NCBI GenBank assembly: GCA_964057225.1
Contig: OZ059897.1
Coordinates: 620,001 to 684,000, forward strand
Source: Auanema rhodensis
Taxonomy: Eukaryota > Animalia > Nematoda
Direction: 5' to 3'
DNA: 64,000 nt
Below the pieces are notes generated by a model. It did no database searches, was not told where the DNA came from, and was given only the letters and a program-made list of their open reading frames with translations. Numbering within the stretch: the first letter of the stretch is position 1; each line of letters opens with the position of its first letter. Positions 55,000-64,000 of this stretch are shown piece by piece. The translations under genes and the position numbers were made by a program.

Positions 55000-57900
55000 A
55001 ATTAATTCTTCAGGGTGAAAATCGAGGATATAAGTGTGAACTTATATCAGTTGATATCTCGGTGCATTTTTCAGCTAGCGCAAATCTGATAACACAGATC
55101 GACGCAGCTTAAAAATCCGCATCGAATGCACTATACTACATTGAGAAACGCTTAATACAAAAATTAGTTATGATCGTTTGAAAAATGATGCATTAGTGTA
55201 TGTTGAGTTTCCATGTACACTCAAAATTGCTTCCAAAAACATTTTGACAAAAATTTTTTCGAAAAATTTCAAAATAATTTAGCGAAAAGTAGATGTTTTT
55301 AGATTCCTTTTTTCGAGGCAAAAACGATGGACAATGTTATTCAACGAAAAAATTAATTCTTCAGGGTGAAAATCGAGGATATAAGTGTGAACTTATATCA
55401 GTTGATATCTCGGTGCATTTTTCAGCTAGCGCAAATCTGATAACACAGATCGACGCAGCTTCAAAATCCGCATCGAATGCACTATACTACATTGAGAAAC
55501 GCTTAATACCAAAATTAGTTATGATCGTTTGAAAAATGATGCATTAGTGTATGTTGAGTTTCCATGTACACTCAAAATTGCTTCCAAAAACATTTTGACA
55601 AAAATTTTTTCGAAAAATTTCAAAATAATTTAGCGAAAAGTAGATGTTTTTAGATTCCTTTTTTTAAGGCAAAAACGATGGACAATGTAATTCAACGAAA
55701 AAATTAATTCTTCAGGGTGAAAATCGAGGATATAAGTGTGAACTTATATCAGTTGATATCTCGGTGCATTTTTCAGCTAGCGCAAATCTGATAACACAGA
55801 TCGACGCAGCTTAAAAATCCGCATCGAATGCACTATACTACATTGAGAAACGCTTAATACCAAAGTTAGTTATGATCGTTTGAAAAATGATGCATTAGTG
55901 TATGTTGAGTTTCCATATACACTCAAAATTGCTTCCAAAAACATTTTGACAAAAATTTTTTCGAAAAATTTCAAAATAATTTAGCGAACAGTAGATGTTT
56001 TTAGATTCCTTTTTTCGAGGCAAAAACGATGGACAACGTTATTCAACGAAAAAATTAATTCTTCAGGGTGAAAATCGAGGATATAAGTGTGAACTTATAT
56101 CAGTTGATATCTCGGTGCATTTTTCAGCTAGCGCAAATCTGATAACACAGATCGACGCAGCTTAAAAATCCGCATCGAATGCACTATACTACATTGAGAA
56201 ACGCTTAATACCAAAATTAGTTATGATCGTTTGAAAAATGATGCATTAGTGTATGTTGAGTTTCCATGTACACTCAAAATTGCTTCCAAAAACATTTTGA
56301 CAAAAATTTTTTCGAAAAATTTCAAAATAATTTAGCGAAAAGTAGATGTTTTTAGATTCCTTTTTTCAAGGCAAAAACGATGGACAATGTAATTCAACGA
56401 AAAAATTAATTCTTCAGGGTGAAAATCGAGGATATAAGTGTGAACTTATATCAGTTCATATCTCGGTGCATTTTCAAGCTAGCGTAAATCTGATAGTACA
56501 GATCGACGCAGCTTAAAAATCCGCATCGAATGCACTATACTACATTGAGAAACGCTTAATACAAAAATTAGTTATGATTGTTTGAAAAATGATGCAATAG
56601 TGTATGTTGAGTTTCCATGTACACTCAAAATTGCTTCCAAAAACATTTTGACAAAAATGTTTTCGAAAAATTTCAAAATAATTTAGCGAAAAGTAGATGT
56701 TTTTAGATTCCTTTTTTCGAGGCAAAAACGATGGACAATGTTATTCAACGAAAAAATTAATTCTTCAGGGTGAAAATCGAGGATATAAGTGTGAACTTAT
56801 ATCAGTTGATATCTCGGTGCATTTTTCAGCTAGCGCAAATCTGATAACACAGATCGACGCAGCTTAAAAATCCGCATCGAATGCACTATACTACATTGAG
56901 AAACGCTTAATACCAAAATTAGTTATGATCGTTTGAAAAATGATGCATTAGTGTATGTTGAGTTTCCATGTACACTCAAAATTGCTTCCAAAAACATTTT
57001 GACAAAAATTTTTTCGAAAAATTTCAAAATAATTTAGCGAAAAATAGATGTTTTTAGATTCCTTTTTTCAAGGCAAAAACGATGGACAATGTAATTCAAC
57101 GAAAAAATTAATTCTTCAGGGTGAAAATCGAGGATATAAGTGTGAACTTATATCAGTTCATATCTCGGTGCATTTTCAAGCTAGCGCAAATCTGATAGTA
57201 CAGATCGACGCAGCTTAAAAATCCGCATCGAATGCACTATACTACATTGAGAAACGCTTAATACAAAAATTAGTTATGATCGTTTGAAAAATGATGCATT
57301 AGTGTATGTTGAGTTTCCATGTACACTCAAAATTGCTTCCAAAAACATTTTGACAAAAATTTTTTCGAAAAATTTCAAAATAATTTAGCGAAAAGTAGAT
57401 GTTTTTAGATTCCTTTTTTCGAGGCAAAAACGATGGACAATGTTATTCAACGAAAAAATTAATTCTTCAGGGTGAAAATCGAGGATATAAGTGTGAACTT
57501 ATATCAGTTGATATCTCGGTGCATTTTTCAGCTAGCGCAAATCTGATAACACAGATCGACGCAGCTTAAAAATCCGCATCGAATGCACTATACTACATTG
57601 AGAAACGCTTAATACCAAAATTAGTTATGATCGTTTGAAAAATGATGCATTAGTGTATGTTGAGTTTCCATGTACACTCAAAATTGCTTCCAAAAACATT
57701 TTGACAAAAATTTTTTCGAAAAATTTCAAAATAATTTAGCGAAAAATAGATGTTTTTAGATTCCTTTTTTCAAGGCAAAAACGATGGACAATGTAATTCA
57801 ACGAAAAAATTAATTCTTCAGGGTGAAAATCGAGGATATAAGTGTGAACTTATATCAGTTCATATCTCGGTGCATTTTCAAGCTAGCGCAAATCTGATAG

Positions 57901-60900
57901 TACAGATCGACGCAGCTTAAAAATCCGCATCGAATGCACTATACTACATTGAGAAACGCTTAATACAAAAATTAGTTATGATCGTTTGAAAAATGATGCA
58001 TTAGTGTATGTTGAGTTTCCATGTACACTCAAAATTGCTTCCAAAAACATTTTGACAAAAATTTTTTCGAAAAATTTCAAAATAATTTAGCGAAAAGTAG
58101 ATGTTTTTAGATTCCTTTTTTCGAGGCAAAAACGATGGACAATGTTATTCAACGAAAAAATTAATTCTTCAGGGTGAAAATCGAGGATATAAGTGTGAAC
58201 TTATATCAGTTGATATCTCGGTGCATTTTTCAGCTAGCGCAAATCTGATAACACAGATCGACGCAGCTTCAAAATCCGCATCGAATGCACTATACTACAT
58301 TGAGAAACGCTCAATACCAAAATTAGTTATGATCGTTTGAAAAATGATGCATTAGTGTATGTTGAGTTTCCATGTACACTCAAAATTGCTTCCAAAAACA
58401 TTTTGACAAAAATTTTTTCGAAAAATTTCAAAATAATTTAGCGAAAAGTAGATGTTTTTAGATTCCTTTTTTCAAGGCAAAAACGATGGACAATGTAATT
58501 CAACGAAAAAATTAATTCTTCAGGGTGAAAATCGAGGATATAAGTGTGAACTTATATCAGTTGATATCTCGGTGCATTTTTCAGCTAGCACAAATCTGAT
58601 AACACAGATCGACGCAGCTTAAAAATCCGCATAGAATGCACTATACTACATTGAGAAACGCTTAATACCAAAATTAGTTATGATCGTTTGAAAAATGATG
58701 CATTAGTGTATGTTGAGTTTCCATGTACACTCAAAATTGCTTCCAAAAACATTTTGACAAAAATTTTTTCGAAAAATTTCAAAATAATTTAGCGAAAAGT
58801 AGATGTTTTTAGATTCCTTTTTTCGAGGCAAAAACGATGGACAATGTTATTCAACGAAAAAATTAATTCTTCAGGGTGAAAATCGAGGATATAAGTGTGA
58901 ACTTATATCAGTTGATATCTCGGTGCATTTTTCAGCTAGCGCAAATCTGATAACACAGATCGACGCAGCTTCAAAATCCGCATCGAATGCACTATACTAC
59001 ATTGAGAAACGCTTAATACCAAAATTAGTTATGATCGTTTGAAAAATGATGCATTAGTGTATGTTGAGTTTCCATATACACTCAAAATTGCTTCCAAAAA
59101 CATTTTGACAAAAATTTTTTCGAAAAATTTCAAAATAATTTAGCGAACAGTAGATGTTTTTAGATTCCTTTTTTCGAGGCAAAAACGATGGACAACGTTA
59201 TTCAACGAAAAAATTAATTCTTCAGGGTGAAAATCGAGGATATAAGTGTGAACTTATATCAGTTGATATCTCGGTGCATTTTTCAGCTAGCGCAAATCTG
59301 ATAACACAGATCGACGCAGCTTAAAAATCCGCATCGAATGCACTATACTACATTGAGAAACGCTTAATACCAAAATTAGTTATGATCGTTTGAAAAATGA
59401 TGCATTAGTGTATGTTGAGTTTCCATGTACACTCAAAATTGCTTCCAAAAACATTTTGACAAAAATTTTTTCGAAAAATTTCAAAATAATTTAGCGAAAA
59501 ATAGATGTTTTTAGATTCCTTTTTTCAAGGCAAAAACGATGGACAATGTAATTCAACGAAAAAATTAATTCTTCAGGGTGAAAATCGAGGATATAAGTGT
59601 GAACTTATATCAGTTCATATCTCGGTGCATTTTCAAGCTAGCGCAAATCTGATAGTACAGATCGACGCAGCTTAAAAATCCGCATCGAATGCACTATACT
59701 ACATTGAGAAACGCTTAATACAAAAATTAGTTATGATCGTTTGAAAAATGATGCATTAGTGTATGTTGAGTTTCCATGTACACTCAAAATTGCTTCCAAA
59801 AACATTTTGACAAAAATTTTTTCGAAAAATTTCAAAATAATTTAGCGAAAAGTAGATGTTTTTAGATTCCTTTTTTCGAGGCAAAAACGATGGACAATGT
59901 TATTCAACGAAAAAATTAATTCTTCAGGGTGAAAATCGAGGATATAAGTGTGAACTTATATCAGTTGATATCTCGGTGCATTTTTCAGCTAGCGCAAATC
60001 TGATAACACAGATCGACGCAGCTTCAAAATCCGCATCGAATGCACTATACTACATTGAGAAACGCTCAATACCAAAATTAGTTATGATCGTTTGAAAAAT
60101 GATGCATTAGTGTATGTTGAGTTTCCATGTACACTCAAAATTGCTTCCAAAAACATTTTGACAAAAATTTTTTCGAAAAATTTCAAAATAATTTAGCGAA
60201 AAGTAGATGTTTTTAGATTCCTTTTTTCAAGGCAAAAACGATGGACAATGTAATTCAACGAAAAAATTAATTCTTCAGGGTGAAAATCGAGGATATAAGT
60301 GTGAACTTATATCAGTTGATATCTCGGTGCATTTTTCAGCTAGCACAAATCTGATAACACAGATCGACGCAGCTTAAAAATCCGCATCGAATGCACTATA
60401 CTACATTGAGAAACGCTTAATACCAAAATTAGTTATGATCGTTTGAAAAATGATGCATTAGTGTATGTTGAGTTTCCATGTACACTCAAAATTGCTTCCA
60501 AAAACATTTTGACAAAAATTTTTTCGAAAAATTTCAAAATAATTTAGCGAAAAGTAGATGTTTTTAGATTCCTTTTTTCGAGGCAAAAACGATGGACAAT
60601 GTTATTCAACGAAAAAATTAATTCTTCAGGGTGAAAATCGAGGATATAAGTGTGAACTTATATCAGTTGATATCTCGGTGCATTTTTCAGCTAGCGCAAA
60701 TCTGATAACACAGATCGACGCAGCTTCAAAATCCGCATCGAATGCACTATACTACATTGAGAAACGCTTAATACCAAAATTAGTTATGATCGTTTGAAAA
60801 ATGATGCATTAGTGTATGTTGAGTTTCCATATACACTCAAAATTGCTTCCAAAAACATTTTGACAAAAATTTTTTCGAAAAATTTCAAAATAATTTAGCG

Positions 60901-63900
60901 AACAGTAGATGTTTTTAGATTCCTTTTTTCGAGGCAAAAACGATGGACAACGTTATTCAACGAAAAAATTAATTCTTCAGGGTGAAAATCGAGGATATAA
61001 GTGTGAACTTATATCAGTTGATATCTCGGTGCATTTTTCAGCTAGCGCAAATCTGATAACACAGATCGACGCAGCTTAAAAATCCGCATCGAATGCACTA
61101 TACTACATTGAGAAACGCTTAATACCAAAATTAGTTATGATCGTTTGAAAAATGATGCATTAGTGTATGTTGAGTTTCCATGTACACTCAAAATTGCTTC
61201 CAAAAACATTTTGACAAAAATTTTTTCGAAAAATTTCAAAATAATTTAGCGAAAAGTAGATGTTTTTAGATTCCTTTTTTCAAGGCAAAAACGATGGACA
61301 ATGTAATTCAACGAAAAAATTAATTCTTCAGGGTGAAAATCGAGGATATAAGTGTGAACTTATATCAGTTCATATCTCGGTGCATTTTCAAGCTAGCGTA
61401 AATCTGATAGTACAGATCGACGCAGCTTAAAAATCCGCATCGAATGCACTATACTACATTGAGAAACGCTTAATACAAAAATTAGTTATGATTGTTTGAA
61501 AAATGATGCAATAGTGTATGTTGAGTTTCCATGTACACTCAAAATTGCTTCCAAAAACATTTTGACAAAAATGTTTTCGAAAAATTTCAAAATAATTTAG
61601 CGAAAAGTAGATGTTTTTAGATTTCTTTTTTCGAGGCAAAAACGATGGACAATGTTATTCAACGAAAAAATTAATTCTTCAGGGTGAAAATCGAGGATAT
61701 AAGTGTGAACTTATATCAGTTGATATCTCGGTGCATTTTTCAGCTAGCGCAAATCTGATAACACAGATCGACGCAGCTTAAAAATCCGCATCGAATGCAC
61801 TATACTACATTGAGAAACGCTTAATACCAAAATTAGTTATGATCGTTTGAAAAATGATGCATTAGTGTATGTTGAGTTTCCATGTACACTCAAAATTGCT
61901 TCCAAAAACATTTTGACAAAAATTTTTTCGAAAAATTTCAAAATAATTTAGCGAAAAATAGATGTTTTTAGATTCCTTTTTTCAAGGCAAAAACGATGGA
62001 CAATGTAATTCAACGAAAAAATTAATTCTTCAGGGTGAAAATCGAGGATATAAGTGTGAACTTATATCAGTTCATATCTCGGTGCATTTTCAAGCTAGCG
62101 CAAATCTGATAGTACAGATCGACGCAGCTTAAAAATCCGCATCGAATGCACTATACTACATTGAGAAACGCTTAATACAAAAATTAGTTATGATCGTTTG
62201 AAAAATGATGCATTAGTGTATGTTGAGTTTCCATGTACACTCAAAATTGCTTCCAAAAACATTTTGACAAAAATTTTTTCGAAAAATTTCAAAATAATTT
62301 AGCGAAAAGTAGATGTTTTTAGATTCCTTTTTTCGAGGCAAAAACGATGGACAATGTTATTCAACGAAAAAATTAATTCTTCAGGGTGAAAATCGAGGAT
62401 ATAAGTGTGAACTTATATCAGTTGATATCTCGGTGCATTTTTCAGCTAGCGCAAATCTGATAACACAGATCGACGCAGCTTCAAAATCCGCATCGAATGC
62501 ACTATACTACATTGAGAAACGCTTAATACCAAAATTAGTTATGATCGTTTGAAAAATGATGCATTAGTGTATGTTGAGTTTCCATGTACACTCAAAATTG
62601 CTTCCAAAAACATTTTGACAAAAATTTTTTCGAAAAATTTCAAAATAATTTAGCGAAAAATAGATGTTTTTAGATTCCTTTTTTCAAGGCAAAAACGATG
62701 GACAATGTAATTCAACGAAAAAATTAATTCTTCAGGGTGAAAATCGAGGATATAAGTGTGAACTTATATCAGTTCATATCTCGGTGCATTTTCAAGCTAG
62801 CGCAAATCTGATAGTACAGATCGACGCAGCTCAAAAATCCGCATCGAATGCACTATACTACATTGAGAAACGCTCAATACCAAAATTAGTTATGATCGTT
62901 TGAAAAATGATGCATTAGTGTATGTTGAGTTTCCATATACACTCAAAATTGCTTCCAAAAACATTTTGACAAAAATTTTTTCGAAAAATTTCAAAATAAT
63001 TTAGCGAACAGTAGATGTTTTTAGATTCCTTTTTTCGAGGCAAAAACGATGGACAACGTTATTCAACGAAAAAATTAATTCTTCAGGGTGAAAATCGAGG
63101 ATATAAGTGTGAACTTATATCAGTTGATATCTCGGTGCATTTTTCAGCTAGCGCAAATCTGATAACACAGATCGACGCAGCTTAAAAATCCGCATCGAAT
63201 GCACTATACTACATTGAGAAACGCTTAATACCAAAGTTAGTTATGATCGTTTGAAAAATGATGCATTAGTGTATGTTGAGTTTCCATATACACTCAAAAT
63301 TGCTTCCAAAAACATTTTGACAAAAATTTTTTCGAAAAATTTCAAAATAATTTAGCGAACAGTAGATGTTTTTAGATTCCTTTTTTCGAGGCAAAAACGA
63401 TGGACAACGTTATTCAACGAAAAAATTAATTCTTCAGGGTGAAAATCGAGGATATAAGTGTGAACTTATATCAGTTGATATCTCGGTGCATTTTTCAGCT
63501 AGCGCAAATCTGATAACACAGATCGACGCAGCTTAAAAATCCGCATCGAATGCACTATACTACATTGAGAAACGCTTAATACCAAAATTAGTTATGATCG
63601 TTTGAAAAATGATGCATTAGTGTATGTTGAGTTTCCATGTACACTCAAAATTGCTTCCAAAAACATTTTGACAAAAATTTTTTCGAAAAATTTCAAAATA
63701 ATTTAGCGAAAAGTAGATGTTTTTAGATTCCTTTTTTCAAGGCAAAAACGATGGACAATGTAATTCAACGAAAAAATTAATTCTTCAGGGTGAAAATCGA
63801 GGATATAAGTGTGAACTTATATCAGTTCATATCTCGGTGCATTTTCAAGCTAGCGTAAATCTGATAACACAGATCGACGCAGCTTCAAAATCCGCATCGA

Positions 63901-64000
63901 ATGCACTATACTACATTGAGAAACGCTCAATACCAAAATTAGTTATGATCGTTTGAAAAATGATGCATTAGTGTATGTTGAGTTTCCATGTACACTCAAA
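55000..64000. repeat. Satellite layer D (right flank layer, related to 18-22.5 kb), with a 5-mer (1755 bp) duplication
   Basis: A10C, G303C (56457-63828), GCTCAATA, AAAAATAGATG, TAGCACAA and the AGCGTAAAT..GATTGTTT..GCAATAG haplotype all return. ORFs 58101/59856 and 58803/60558, TAGCACAA 58590/60345 and GCGAACAG 59148/60903 are each 1755 apart. Confidence 0.87.

Larger units (their letters stand above)
22700..55000. repeat. Satellite layer C (central homogenised domain, ~92 monomers)
   Basis: Diagnostic variants seen only here: GTCAAC (22746-53634), TTAGCTTCC (23011-54952), TTTGTAAAA (23240-53777) and AAAAGTCCG (27386-54062). A10C and G303C are absent, matching the ORF-track gap from 22530 to 55293. 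Confidence 0.9.
1..64000. repeat. Satellite DNA array, 351-bp monomer, ~182.4 head-to-tail copies, extends beyond both window edges
   Basis: ACGCAGCTT recurs at 1, 352, 703 and so on up to 63877 (= 1 + 182x351 - 6). ORF-track starts are all multiples of 351 apart, less up to six 1-bp deletions (5808 = 192 + 16x351; 15636 = 192 + 44x351). Monomers differ by only a few substitutions. Copy 1 has 108 G+C in 351 bp. Confidence 0.99.

Noticed and set aside
21090-61639. 61-aa minus-strand ORFs (MPRKK...)
   Set aside because: They are opened by the GCATTAG to GCAATAG variant in four monomers, start at TTG and have low-complexity composition; not credible genes.
5808-63956. Repeated 76-79 aa + strand ORFs (MFLDSFF...)
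   Set aside because: They appear only where a point variant (TAA to TCA at offset 10, or TAA to CAA) removes a stop present in most monomers. Most copies have in-frame stops, there is no recognisable domain, and variants are largely non-synonymous. They are useful only as variant markers.
1-64000. CRISPR array or integron-like cassette array
   Set aside because: There are no unique spacers or cassettes. The entire 351 bp is repeated, and no cas or integrase genes are present.
1-64000. Inversion, strand switch or transposon insertion within the array
   Set aside because: The 351-bp phase and orientation are maintained from start to end with only six 1-bp deletions, leaving no room for inserted sequence.

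Overview
The whole 64-kb window is one uninterrupted head-to-tail tandem array of an AT-rich satellite with a 351-bp monomer (about 31% GC by hand count of copy 1). It holds 182 complete copies plus 124 bp, all in one orientation, and copy 183 starts at 63877. I see no genes, RNA genes, transposon insertions or CRISPR spacers, and the short ORFs are by-products of single-base variants in the repeat. The organisation is typical of eukaryotic centromeric or pericentromeric satellite DNA (inference); I do not recognise the family or organism. The interesting signal is in how monomer variants are arranged. (i) A ~32-kb central domain (22.7-55.0 kb) with its own diagnostic variants splits a layer whose rare haplotypes occur on both sides. 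(ii) Local higher-order duplications have periods of 2, 3, 5, 8, 9, 11, 14 and 20 monomers. (iii) Monomer length is nearly fixed: six 1-bp deletions from two events, all in 15.8-22.6 kb. (iv) The monomer is rich in dyad symmetry, and one stem shows an apparent G-C to C-G compensatory swap between flank and central layers. 'Offset' below means position within the monomer, with offset 1 at window position 1. Variant tallies were read by eye and need confirmation by alignment.
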